From Hypanus sabinus (Eukaryota): a DNA stretch of 64,000 bases. Positions 23,901 to 37,369 of this stretch are shown here, piece by piece. Below the pieces are notes generated by a model, which did no database searches, had not been told where the DNA came from, and was given only the letters and a program-made list of their open reading frames with translations. The translations under genes were made by a program, and so were the position numbers. The stretch covers positions 93,620,001 to 93,684,000 of the forward strand of contig NC_082714.1 in the NCBI RefSeq assembly GCF_030144855.1, written 5' to 3'. The number at the start of each line of letters is the position of its first letter. The stretch's first letter is position 1.

Positions 23901-26900
23901 AGGGGGAAATGGGCAGAGAAGTGGCAAATGAATTACGATGTCGGAAAGTGCACGGTCATGAACTTTGGTAGAAGAAATAAACGGACAGACTATTATTTAA
24001 ATAGGGAGAGAATTCAAAGTTCTGTGATGCAACGGGTCTTGTGAGTCCTCGTGCAGGATACCCTTAAGGTTAACCTCCAGGTTGAGTCGGTGGTGAAGAA
24101 AGCGAATGAAATGTTGGCATTCATTTCTAGAGGAATAGAGTATGGGAGCAGGCTCTATAAGGCACTGGTAAGAACTCAGTTGGAAAACTCTGTGCAGTTT
24201 TGGGCTCCTTATTTAAGAAAGGATGTACTAACATTGGAGAGGGTTCAGAGAAGATTCACTAGAATGATTCCGGGAATGAGAGGGTTAACATATACCCGCA
24301 TAACAATTACAGCACGGACACAGGCCATCTCGGCCCATCTAGTCACCCCTTCTAGTCACTCCCACCCAGTTCCACTGGCCCGCACTCAGCCCATAACCCT
24401 CTATTCCTTTCCTGACGATATACATATCCAATTTTACTTGAAATGACAATACCGAACCTGTCTTTACCACTTCTACTGGAAGATCGTTCCACGCAGCTAC
24501 CACTCTCTGAGTAAAGAAATTCCCCCTCGTGTTACCCTTAAACTTTTACCCCTAACTCTCAGCTTATGTCCTCTCATTTGAATCTCCCCTGCTCTCAATG
24601 GATTAAGCCTATCCACGTCAACTCTATCTATCCCTCTAATTTCAGATACCTCTATCAAGTCCCCCCTCAACCTTCTACGCTCCAAAGAATAAAGGCCTAA
24701 CTTGTTCAGCCTTTCCCTATAACTTAGGTGCTGACACTCAGGTAAAATTCTGATAAATCTTCTCTGTACAGTCTCTATTTTGTTGACATCTTTCCTATAA
24801 TTTGGTGACCAGAACAGTACACAATACTCCAAATTTGGCCTCACCAATGCCTTGTACAAGTTTAACGTTACATCCCAACTCCTATACTCAATGCTCTGAT
24901 TTATAAAGGGCAGTATACCAAATTCTTTCTTCACAACCCTAACCACATGAGATTCCACCTTCTGGGAACTATGCACCATTATTCCTAGATCACTCTGTTC
25001 TACTGCATTCCTCAATGCTCTACCATTTACCATGTATGTCCTATTTGGATTATTCATACCAAAATGTATCACCTCACACTTATCAGCATTAAACTCCATC
25101 TGCCATCGTTCAGCCCAGTCATCTAATTGGCCTAAATCTCTCTGTAAGCTTTGAAAACCTACTTCATTATCCGCAACGCCACCTACCTTAACATCAGCTG
25201 CATACTTACTAATCCAATTTACCAACCCATCATTCAGATCATTAATGTATATGACAAACAAATTGGACCCAGTACCGATCCCTGAGGCACACCACTAGTC
25301 ATCGGCCGCCAACCTGATAAACAGTTATCCACCACTACTCACTTGCATTTCCTGTCCAGCCACTGTTGAATCCATTTTACTACAATTTTAGTACCTAACG
25401 ATTGAACCTTCCTAACTAACCTTCCATGCAAACCTTGTCAAAGGCCTTATTGAACTCCATATAGACAACATCCACTGTCTTACCCTCATCAACGTTCCTC
25501 GTAACCTCTTCAAAAAATTCAATAAGATATGTCAAACATGACCTTCCACGCACAGACCCACGCTGACTGTTCCTAATCGGAACCTGCCTATCCAGATAAT
25601 TATATATATATATATATATGTCAACTCTAAGAATATTTCCCATTAATTTACCCACCACTGAAGTCAATCTGACAGGCCTACCTGTAAGATTTACTCTTAG
25701 AACGCTTTTAAAATAATGGAACCATATGAGCAATACGCTAATCCTCTGGCACCATCCCCGTTTCTAATGACATTTGAAATGTTTCTGTCAGAGCCCCTGC
25801 TATTTCTACACAAACTTCCCTCAAGGTCCTCGGGAAGATCCTATTAAGCATCGGAGATTTATCCACTTTTATATTTTAGTAAAAGCGTTAGTACTTCCTC
25901 ATCTTTAATCGTCGTTGTTTCCATAACTCCCGTACCTGTTTCCCTTACCTTACACAATTCAATATCCTTCTCCTTATGAATACCGAAGAAAAGAAATTGT
26001 TCGAAATCTCACCCATCTCTTTCGGCTCCATGCATAGCTGTCCACTCTGATTCTCTAAAAGACCAATTTTATCCCTCACTATCCTTTTGTTATTAATATC
26101 TCTGTAGCAACCATTCGGATTTATTCTCACCTTACTTGCCCAAGCAACCTTGCATCTTCTTTTAGCTTTTCTAATTTCTTTCTTAAGATTCTTTTTACAT
26201 TATTTATATTCCTCAAGCACATCACTTACTCCATGCTGCCTATACCTATTGTAGATTTCTTTCTTTTTCCTAACCATGTTTCCAATATCCCTTGAAAACC
26301 ATAGCTCTCTCAAACTTTTAACATTTCCTTGTAACCTAACAGTAAAATAAAGATTCTGTACCCTCAAAATTTCACCTTTAAATGACCTCCATTTCTCTAT
26401 TACAGCCTTCCCATAAAACAAATTGTCCCAATCCACTCCTTCTAAATCCTCTCGCATCTCCTCAAAGTTAGCCATTCTCCAATCAAAAATCTCAAGCCTA
26501 TGTCCAGTCGTATCCTTTTTCATAATTACATTGAAACTAATGGCATTGTGATCACTGGACCCATAGCGCTCCCCAGCACATACCTCCGTCACCTAACCTA
26601 TTTCATTCCCTAACAGAGGATCTAACACTGCCCCTTCTCTAAGAACGTATGGGAAACGATTGACTGCTCTTGGTCTGTACTCCTTGGAGTTTAGAAGAAT
26701 GAGCGGGGACATCATAGAAACATTTCGAATGTTTAAAGGCGTGGACAGAGTGGATGTGGCAATGTTGTTTCCCATGGTGGGGGAAGTCTAGTACGAGAGG
26801 ACATGACTTAAGTATAGCACGGGCGTCCATTCGAAACAGAGATGCGTATTTTTTTTAGCCTGAGTGTGGTGAAATTATGGAATTTGTTGCCTCCGGCGAC

Positions 26901-27100
26901 AGTGGAGGCTAAGCCATTGGGTGTATTTAAGGCAGAGATTGAGATGTATCTGAGTAGTCAAGGCAGCAAAGGTTATGGTGAAAAGGAGGGGGAATGGGAC
27001 TAAAGGGCAGATTGGATCAGCTCATTATGACATGGCGGAGCAGACTCAATGGGCCGAATGTCCGACTTCTACTCCTTTGACTTATGTTCTTATGGACTTA
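20990..27100 (+). mobile_element. Long decayed CR1 (ORF1 esterase, ORF2 endonuclease and RT), interrupted by a nested CR1
   Basis: It contains VIGDSIVRG..HIGTNDIG (21112-21462), YLNALSLRNK..AITETW (21906), [27 protein letters not shown] (23375-23797) and the C-terminus to 24293. It resumes at 26644 and runs to the 3' end. Confidence 0.9.
24294..26643 (-). mobile_element. Nested 5'-truncated CR1
   Basis: ORFs 24497-25261, 25416-25733 and 26200-26592 (-) encode RT and endonuclease pieces. The approximate TSD is aacatat (24287-24293) / aacgtat (26644-26650). Confidence 0.85.
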
Positions 27101-27349
27101 TTTTATCATTAGTCTTCAAGTACCTCGAAATCTCATCCTCAGTAATAGCCTCCAACAATTTCACAACCACTGAGATTACACTAACTGGCCTATGTTGTCC
27201 TGTCTTAAACAGTGAATTTTCAATTTTCTACTCCTTCGGACCATTCCAGAATGAAGTTAGTGCTGAAAGATTATGACAAATGAATCCGTTAGCTCTTCAG
27301 GAACCTTCTCAACCACTTTAAGACCTTTCCTTTGTAACAGCAATGGAAC

Positions 27350-27930
27350 TCACTCCTGCTTCTGTAACCCATGGTTATCTTCAAAGTTTAATGTAAATTT
27401 GTCAGCAAAGTATGTATACGTCTTCATATGCGACAACGAGTTTCATGTTCTTACAGATATTCACAGTAGAATAAAAACGTAGATTATATGCAATGAAAAA
27501 AGTACACACAGAGACTGAGAAGCTCAAAGACGAGTAAACGTTAAGAAATAAATGGATAGATTTAAAGATAGATAAATAAACAAAACACACATAAATAAAC
27601 TCAATCATTCATTAATAAATAAACAAACGGCTGCATGAATAATGGATGAATACATAAATAATACTGAGGACATGAGTTTGAAAGTGTATCTATAGTTATG
27701 GAATCAGTTCAGAGAAGTAGTCTCAGAGTAGTTCCTTGTACCCACAGCAAGTTCAGTAACATTGCACACAAGTTTTTCACGGTCGCTGGACCTGCTGATT
27801 TTTTCAAGAATTCAGTGCAGAAATCTGACTTCGTCATTAATGAGGTTTTTATGTTCGTTGGGTGGTATCAACCTGTATCTGGACTTCAACTGACCAATAA
27901 AGAGCATACTAATCACTCTACTTATGGATT
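27350..27930 (+). repeat. Block D2, paralogous to 16985-17800
   Basis: Same shared sequence as D1. Confidence 0.75.
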
Positions 27931-27969
27931 TTCTAGATCAAAGTGCGCGACATTAGAGAAAAATAAATC

Positions 27970-28480
27970 AATTCCGGATCACGGTCCTGTCTGTGGATTC
28001 CGTACTCTCGTAATTCCATTTTCCCTTATTCCATATGGTGCTTTAAATGAGGCACCTGATTCTCGTTTCGGGCTGGCAACATAAATAGCTCTGGGGTCCT
28101 TGTCAGTAACCTCGGCAGTAAACTCCTCAGCAACCTCTTCAGCAACCTCGGAGTGACCCCGTCAGAAACCTCGGCAGTAATCCCGTCAGAAACCTCTTCT
28201 GTGCCCACACCGGGAAACTCGGCTCAGTGTTCCATGTCCTGTTTCTAAGAAGAGTCCCGGCGCTATGTGATGTGTCCAAGGAGCAACCCTGGCTCAGTTA
28301 TCTGTGACCTGTGTCTGAGTTAAGTCTGTTCCAAGTTGCGAGTCCCAGTCCAGTCCAGGAGCTGTGCCAGTTCAGTACAGGAGCCGAATCACAGTCCAGT
28401 GCTGGAGCCGGATGCAAGTCCTGTCCAAGAGCCCAGTCCAATCCCGTCCGGAAGTCAGCTTAATAACTATCGCCCGGTAG
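27970..28480. repeat. LTR-like segment with internal short tandem repeats
   Basis: It has repeated aacctcggcagtaa/ccccgtcagaaacctc and ccagtcc/gagcc units. LTR identity is an inference. Confidence 0.35.
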
Positions 28481-29860
28481 AACTCACATCTAGAGTCATG
28501 AAATACTTGAAGAGCTTGACCATGACGAGATGAACTCCTGCCTCAGCAAGGACCTGGACCCATTGCAATTTGCCAATCGCTATAATATTTCAACAGCAAA
28601 TACAATCTCAATGGCTCTTCACACGGTTTCAAGCCAGATGGACACCACAACCACCTGTGTCAGGATGCTGTTAATCGACTATAGCTCAGCATTTAATACC
28701 ACCATTCTCACAATCCTGACGAGAAGATGCAGAACCTGGGCCTCTGTACTTCCTTTGGAATTGGATCCTCGAATTCCTAACCAGAAGACCACAGTCTGTG
28801 CGGATTGGTGATAACATTACCTACTCGGTGACGATCAACCTCAGAGGTGTGTGCTTAGCTCACCGCTCTACTCTCCATATACCTATGACCGCGTGGCTAT
28901 GCATATCTCAAATAGCATCTATAAATTTGCTGATTATACAACCATTGTTGGCAGAATCTCAGGTGGTGTCGAGGGGGCGGACAGGAGTGAGATATGCTAA
29001 CTAGTGGAGAGCTGTGGCAGCAGCAACCTGTCATTCAACGTCAGAAAGACGGAAGAGCTGATTGTGGAATTCCGGAAGAGTGAGAGGAAAGAACACATAC
29101 CAATCCTCACAGAGTAATCAGAAATGGAGAGAGTTAGCAGCTTCATGTTCCTGGGTGTCAAGGTCTCTGAGGACCAAGCTCGTTCTCAACATATTAATGT
29201 AGCTGTTAATATAAAAGTAGGCAAGACAGTGGTTATGCTTCATTGGGACTTTAAGAGATTTGATATGACAACGAATACACTTAAAAACTTCTATAGATGT
29301 ACCGTAGAGAGCATTCTAACAGGCTACATCACTGTTTGGTATGGGTGGGGGGTGTGGTGCTACTGTACAGGACAGAAATAAGCTGCAGAGGATTATAAAT
29401 TTAGTCGTCTCCTTCTTGGGTGCCAGCGTACAAAGAACCCAGGACACTTTCAGGGAGCCGCGTTACAGAAAGACAGCTTCCATTCTTAAGGAACTCCAGC
29501 ACACAGGATTTGAACTGGAACTCTCTTTGCTCACTGGTTCCAACGGATAAGAGATACAGAAGCCTGAAGGGATACACTCAGCGATTTAGGAACAGATTCG
29601 TCTCCACTGTGATCCAATTCTTAAATGGACATTTATCCCTCGGGCACTACCTGAAATTTTAATATATATTACTTCCAGCTTTTGCACTATTTTTTAATCT
29701 ATTCAATTTCCGAATACTGTAATCGATTTAATTCTTCTTCTTCTTCTTATTATTATTATAATTTTATTTTTCTTTATATTATGTATTGTATTGAACTGCT
29801 GGAGAAAAGTTAACAAATTTCACATCACATACCGGCGATAATAATCCTGATTCTGATACA
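28480..29860 (+). mobile_element. Rex1/Babar-type element (paralogue of 2281-3865)
   Basis: It reads NNYRPVELTS..MLLIDYSSAFNT and shares the same start point and the same downstream CR1 flank. Confidence 0.75.
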
Positions 29861-32800
29861 AACGTGATGGTTTGCACGTAAACATGAGGGTGACCAATAT
29901 TCTCGCCAGCAGGTTTGTTAGAGATGTTGGAAAAGTGTCAACGATTTTGTCAGACCGGGGCGGGGGTGGTGGGAAGCGAAGTGAAGGGATCCAGGTTTGG
30001 ATGAATGGTGAAAAAGGAAAAATAGCGTTCAGTTAGCGTGTAGGAAGGGCAGGCTGATGATAGGACAAAATTACAGACAGCGGGGTGAGTATAAGTGCAT
30101 TAGGGATGTAGAATGAAAACGGGTAACAAATACTCTACTCAAAGCGGTACATCTCAATGCAAGGAGTTTAAGAAATAAGGTAGATGATCATTTTGTACTA
30201 TTATCAGATGGTCAGGTATGAAGTTATGGCCATCTCTGAATCTCGACTGAAGGATGGTTGTATTCGGGAGATGAATGCCCAAGGTTGTATCGGAGGAAAA
30301 GGAAGGTAGGAACAGGGGGCAGCATGTTTCCGCTGGTTCAGAAATGTATCAAAAGAGTAGAAAGATGTGACAAAGGATAGGACGATGTTGAATCTTTGTG
30401 GGTTGAATTCAGAAACTGCATAGATAAAAGGACTCTGATAGCAGTTATATACAGGCCCCTCAACAGTCGCTGGCATGTGGACCATAGATTACAACAGGAA
30501 ATAGAAAGCGCGTGTCAAAAAGACAAATAAAGGATAGTCAGGGAAGATTTCAACATGCAAGTCGATTGGGAAAGTCACGTTGGAAATGCATCTTAGGAGA
30601 GTGAGTTTGTTGAATGCCCACGAGATTGCTTTTTAGAGCAGTTTGGCTTTGAATATACAAAGGAATCAGTTATACTGAATTGGAGATGAACTGGATATAA
30701 TTAACGAGCTTAAAGTAAAAGAACCCTTAGAAGTCAGTTGTCACTATATGATTCAGTTCAAATTAAATCTTAATAGGGAAAGATTAAAGTCTGGCATAGC
30801 AGTATTTCAGGGAAGTGAAGGAAATTTAATAAATGAGCTTCCTTTGAACTGCAGTTGACTGAGGGGGGGGGGGGGCTTCTCTTATTCTATCGCTCCTCGT
30901 TCAAAGAAACCCATATCCCAGTAATGAAATATTGTATTCTGCCTGATAGATGGGTTTCTTCAGTAGAAAGGGAGGGCTGGGCTGATAGGATATTTCAACT
31001 AACGGAGTAGATAGACCAAAATAGGCGACAGTGCAGAATGATTTCAGTGAAAAATGAGTATCCTGAAAGAGATCCACGAGAGAGTCCAGGAATGCTAGAT
31101 TTCTTCCGCGAGCGCCTCCAATTACCGTAACCACGGACATTTTGAAATAAGACGAGCGATGTTTTCATTTGGGAAAGTCCACGAAACTCTATATTTCCTT
31201 GTACCACGAGTGGATGGCTTGGTTGATTGGCACCCATCTGTCTCGAAGGACAATGGGTAAAGACGATCATCATCAGAAGCCTCAGCGGAAAGTTTGCAGT
31301 TCCTGAGATCCCAGTCGTCAAGATCACCCTTTCGCCTTTCCAGAAGAAATCGTGTGAAACAATACGTTTGGCACCTGTTCGGCTCAAGGAGCTGCCGGAA
31401 TTATGTTCAATGACGTCCAGCCACCTTAGGGGCTGCACTCAGGAGTCGGTAAGTATATATGATTTTTCAAGGATTCTGTTGTTTTACTCACAGAAAGGGT
31501 ATCGGGCGATATGGAGAGCGCGCAAGGAGAGAGGATTGTTGTCGTTGGTCTTATTATTGTGATACAGAGTCGAGGGAATGAATTATGTACTCCAGCTCTT
31601 CCATACCTTTTTACTGGTGAGATCGAATCGGGATTAGGGGTGTTGATGTCAGTGTTGAGTTATGGGAGTTTGGGTTTGAGAGCTGCAAAGCAATTTCTTA
31701 ATACACTCGGGCATTATCCTTCCCAATCAAACCCAGCCTGACCATCAGATTAATCCGACCGGATAATTCAACCCAGATGGTGGTTCATAGGGTTTAACAG
31801 CCAGGTGTCAGCTTGTGTCCATAGATGAGGCTGATGCAGCTGCGGACTCGTCATCTCCCTGATAGGGGCACGGGTGCCGAGACACCGTTTATATAGCTAC
31901 AGTCACGTACATTACTGCTGTGATTTGTCTTCTTTGTGAAGCAATGCAATTGGTGCCGTCACTGGATTCCGGGGAGGAAAGAGGCGTGAGTGGCTGATGT
32001 TGGGTTGATGGGTGACCATTTTCAGGAAGACTATAGTCTTCTTTCATTGAGGAAGTGGCTGAATCACATCACCTGGTCCTGCATCTTCCTTACTTTATGT
32101 AATTAGTTGTATTTTGTTGACTTTTATTCAGCTACTCCAAAAGCTTTACCGGCTACTCAACTGTGACTGCACCTAAGCCTCTTGAGCAAAATTCAGGAAT
32201 CTCCGCTCTCTCCACTCGTAAACTATACCGCGAAGAGGCTCTTCGCCCTGCCTTATTAGGAACGTCAACAGCATCGCCACTACTCTAATCACCGGTTCGC
32301 TATTTTTTTGCTTTGAAAAATACGCAAAGCGGCTCTATTACCACGAGGGCGGGCGAACCGCTCAGGCAAAGGACGAAAAAAAAAACGGCTGCCAAAACAA
32401 GGGATTGGTGGGAAAAAATCAAAACAAGTTATATAAGCAGCCGAGATCAAAATTTAAGATAGATAAAAAGAAAACTACAGGCCAAATCAATCAAACCTGC
32501 TTCTCACACTCATATTCACTCACTCTCACATTCCCCCAAACAACGCGCAAAGACGGTCCGAAGTCTGCTACCCCAGCACGAGCAGGAGGAACAGGAGCTC
32601 AGCGTGCAGAGGTTCCGTTCTCTTCGGCGTGATAGAGCGGGAAAAATGAATGGAGGAGGTGTGGTGTTACTGGGAAAATATCACGGCAATGCTCAGTCCG
32701 GAAGGAATGAATAGCTCGCCTAATGAGGGCTTATGGGTAGAACCGAGCAATAGGAAATATATAATCATTTTAATGGGTTTATATTATAGACCACCTAACA

Positions 32801-34609
32801 ATCTGAACAGCAGTGTTCTGGACCTATTCAGACTGTGGATGTCATAGTTTAACCAGTGTTTATAGTGGGGGGAAATTCTGAATAATTTTGTGAGTGCATA
32901 CTCGTCTACGACTGTTTTAAAGTCCGTGACGAACGTATTCATTCAGATACTCAGATGTGTCATTGAACGCTGCCCAGCCCACGACTGGAAGCAATCCCAT
33001 AACCCATCCACCGCATTCTGCGATCGACTCTGTGTTGTCCTTAGCTTTGGAGCCTTCTTTTGAACCTCTGCCTGTATTCAGTTAGAAGTATGATAGACAG
33101 TGAGCAGATTTCCCGAAATGCGGTCTTGGCAGGGAACAGTAGGTATTCCTTATTTGAATATACCAATGCTATCGTTTGTTGGGACGACTGGCGTCACAGA
33201 TGACCTGTTGTTGAGAGTTGGGCAGAGACCTTTTCAAATAAGCCTGATTGGAGAACCGACTATGATTTGAAATCCGTCGGGTGACGGTGTCCGGTTTGGT
33301 GATGGCAGTCGTCAATATCTTGCATGTCTGGTGAACGTCGTCTCTTGGCTGTATGTAAACTGCGGCCAGGATCACGGAGGAGAACTCTCCTGACAAATGG
33401 AACGGTGGGTACTCAATCGTTAGATGTTCCAGATGAAGGGGAACTAGAGTACCAGAAAATCTGCAAATCCGAGCACCACAAAGATTTTATCATGAAACAC
33501 AGACCCCCACATTTTTCCTTCGCCGAATCATCAGTTCAATCCGTCCTGTGTATCGAGAAGCCTACTCCGGCGTTTCCGGAGTGAGCCATGTGCAAGTGTT
33601 ACATACAGAGCAAATCCTCATTTCCCTCCAAAAGTGTAATCCGACCCTAAGATCCTCTCTCGTTGAACACTTGCTAACAACATGTTTGGTGGTGGTTGGG
33701 TGCGGGTTGGGGTGATCACATTCCTCTGAGTTTCAGCCGCGACTGGAGAACAATTACGTTTATGACGCAGGTCAATTGTGATTTCATTGAAAGTTGTTTC
33801 AGGACAGATGTGTCAGTAGTATTGGTAGCGGATTATTGTTAGACGGTGAAAAGGTTATTTTGCATGCTGTTCATACAGATAAAATCATTACTTACTACAT
33901 TGAGCGAGAACAATATAAAACGATAACTCCTCCATGGACTGTCCCAAGCCCGGCTGCGAGAAGTGAACGTTCGGCATGAGGCGAGAAAACCCATCTCATA
34001 TAATCCCAGGCCTAGAGAACCTGCAACAGAAACTTCAAAGACCGGATCCCTCGGAGAGGAAGATCTTCGCCGAGAAGATGTATGAGGTAAAATAGTGAGA
34101 GCGGAAGTCACAAAGTTGATGAATCTTTGGCTGCGGACAGGTCTCTGGAGAGTTTCTGTCGGCGGCCCATGCCTCTTTTGGGGTGAACGTAACCAATTAC
34201 AATACACAATCGCAATGGATTTTGACATGAGCCACCGTGGTGTCAATTATCTTCTTTTTAATCTGAAATCCCGCTGGTTTCCTTGGCTGCTGAAGTCTCG
34301 GAAGACACATTCCGGTCCCGCCAAACCAGGGAAAATGAGACGGCTCTACCACCCCAAAAGACGGTTTGTGTGGATGCTGTGTAATTTGCAACCCTGCGAC
34401 AAATCAGTGCCAAGAAACAACAGACAGCACACAAAGAACGGGAAGAGAGTTTTAACGTGTTTGATTAACGTTATAGGTAAGATGATGCCCTTTGCATTCA
34501 ACATAAAACGTGGTTAATCTGGCACTGTGGTTAATCTGGCACTGTAGTTGCGGATCCAATTCAGTTTTATTGCGGCCTCTGTTCATTATTCCGTACATCA
34601 ATCGTATAA

Positions 34610-34995
34610 CGCATAGTTATGTCAGTTGCTGTCGCTTTCCTGTCAGCTCACATCAGTATAGTCATGCTCCTCTGACTTATCTCATTAACAAGGTGCTTTC
34701 GACAAAAAAACTGACGTTTTTGTCTTTTTTCGTACCATTCTCTGTACACGTCAGAGAATTTTGTTCCAGAAAAATCGAGGAGATACGCAGTTTCTGAGAT
34801 ACCCAAACCACCCCGTCTGGGACTCATAATCATGTCAGCTTTAATGACACTTAGATCATCATTTTGATGTTTGGTCTGAACAATAAAGAACGTCTTTACA
34901 ATGTCTGAATTCCTCGCTGGATTGAGTGGCTGTCACATGACCTATCGATTAGATATTTGCATTAACGATCAGCAATACGTAATAAAGTGGGCACT
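34610..34995 (-). mobile_element. Tc1-derived non-autonomous element
   Basis: ORF 34648-34833 (-), RRGGLGISETAYLLDFS..VYREW, is a Tc1 transposase N-terminal remnant. The terminal taataaagtgggcactaag is TIR-like. Confidence 0.7.
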
Positions 34996-35929
34996 AAGCG
35001 GATATATTAGTTGTGGGTATGATATACTGACGTCCAAAGCATTATGACTTCTGCCGTGAGGAAGCGGTAGAAGGCAGCCATCACGGGATGTAATCGGCAA
35101 ACCAGGTTCAATGGCGAAGATACATGAGATTCCAATTCCTGCATCCCTTATCACCACTTCAGCCCTGGGAAGTAAATTCACAGAAAAGGAGAACATGATA
35201 TGGTGTACTCAGAATTGACATCTATGAAACAGAGTAATAATGGCAGAAGTGCATTGCGGAATTACACAAAGAAAGAAAATCCTTTTACTTCCTAAGAGCA
35301 GTCGTGGGATTGATGTCCAATCTGCTTGGAGACACAAGATGAATATTGAATGCAGAACTTCCAACGCTAAGCGCGATATCAGTCAAATTTCCTTCCGGAG
35401 TTTTCTTCGGATTGCTGATATCCCATGAATTACCATTTTCTGCTGATGTTCATAAATTCATAATGGTGTGTGGAGGCCAGTCGTAATTACCAGAATTCGC
35501 CTGGAAAATTTAAGGATGTTCTTCAGTCAATACCGTGCATACAAGAGAGACTACTCATTCCATAGACCTTGTGACGTCGCAGCGGAAGAAGCAGTTCGAC
35601 CCTACAGGTCTCAAAAGCGAAGAACAGAAGCGGGTCAAAACTACCAGAATTTACTTACCTCCCATCACACTCTGTCTGGTTAGTTTTTACTGATAACCTT
35701 ACCCCCTTATGAAGACAGAACTGATAATGTGGCACTTCTGATCCTCGAGATAGGCTAAATTGCCTTAAAACGTGATAAACATATACATGACCCTCCATAA
35801 ATGAAAAGCAAACAAACTTCACTAACCAATGGATCACGAATTCAAATCACTATGACTGAGTGTCCGACTCCATAGAACATTTTGCATTTCACAACACAGA
35901 CTTCTGAACACCGTGGTATCATCAGACAC

Positions 35930-36370
35930 ACAAGAATTCTGGAACATACTTCAGAGCGAAAACACACGCGTACACGCACACGCACAATGCTGGAGATCAA
36001 CAATGGAAAGTAATAGAGTCAACGTTTTCGTTCGAGTCCCTTTATCAGGATAGGTGATGCGTATTTTCGTAAAAGACGAGTCTATTTCTTTCCATAGATG
36101 TTGCTTGGACTGCTAAGTTCCTCTAGAAATTTGTGTGTGTTACTGCAGTTTCAAATTAACTCGGGAATACCAACTGGAAAAGGAAAATAGTTAAAGGCAG
36201 GGAGCAAAGTTTAAAAATCACTGCGAAACTTCATTATTAGTTTGGTCTTGAAGAAGGGTCTCGGCCGGAAACATCACTGTTTATTAATTTCCATAGATGT
36301 TGCCTAGCCTTCTGAGTTCCGCCAGCATCTTGTTTATGTTGCTTTGGATTTCCAGCATCTGCAGTATTTA
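35930..36370. mobile_element. Penelope-derived repeats in both orientations with degenerate hammerhead cores
   Basis: The minus core at 36016-36050 reads cctgataaagggactcgaacgaaaacgttgac. The plus core at 36248-36279 reads ttgaagaagggtctcggccggaaacatcactg. Confidence 0.6.
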
Positions 36371-36459
36371 TTGTGTTCATAATTTTGGTGCCGTACAAAT
36401 CTCTGATCTGTGGTCTAAGCTCTCTATATTCTATTTAAGCTTTTCATACAGTTGATGTT

Positions 36460-36860
36460 CTACACCGTCACAGTGTGATCCGGGTTAGTTTTGACCCGGT
36501 GCAAGAATCCCTTCATAAGAAGTGTCTATATCAAATTTTGAAGCACAGTTCTGTTCAGAATGTATAAATGGCCTATCTGACATTAACCAATGGGTGATTA
36601 AACCCCCAATTAATGTTTCAGAGATGTAAAATCCATTTGAACAGATATGGGTCAAATTTGACCCGGAATAGCCACAATGTACAAATTTTGTAGCACTTGT
36701 ACAAAAGTACAAAATTTTTAAATAATTCCAATTTTGAGCATTTTGGGTCACTTTAGGAAAAGTCATCAAATTTCGGCTAAAATGACATTTAGGGTGCTTT
36801 TTACTGCTGTCAAATCTTAAAACGAGTCAAATGTGACCCAAGCAGTATGTAAGCGACTAA
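36460..36860. mobile_element. piggyBac-like MITE, degenerate
   Basis: It has three gggtcaaatttgaccc-type palindromes (~36484, ~36649, ~36825) and the right end gcagtatgtaagcgactaa. It is absent from U1. Confidence 0.45.
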
Positions 36861-37369
36861 TTATCAGGTACATTCTCGTGGACAACTATAATGCATCATG
36901 TCTGTCTCGAATTCAAAAATTTTGTCTCGAGTAACTTAGGGCTCCTTGGAACGTCAGGTCTCAGTGTTTGGGAATGATGCACTTCCATGAAACATACGGG
37001 GCTGTGATTGTGTCTTTGTTAATTGTTGTTTTATCTAGAGACATTAAGCCATTTTTCTTTCTGTTTAATCGCGTCTAGTTTATTTTGACTGACACGGGTT
37101 TCCTATGCACTATGGAATTTTAAAGTAGACTCCACATTGGCATTGATTATAGTGTCCAGTTGTGTCGAGAAAGACTAGGCTCGCTGTTGCTCAGTCAAAC
37201 CACTGACGTTCTCGTTGGAGTTCTATCTAAAACTGTCTCAATATGGAAGTCTGTGGGTCATACGTATCTGGGATCAATGGATTGTCAGCGCACGTCATGG
37301 CAGTCTTATAGTTGGGGCTCCTTGCTTAGTGGGGTCAAATTCGAGAATATTAGAATGATAACGAATTGA

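Noticed and set aside
34955-34962. Octamer ATTTGCAT
   Set aside because: It is part of the Tc1-derived element's own sequence.
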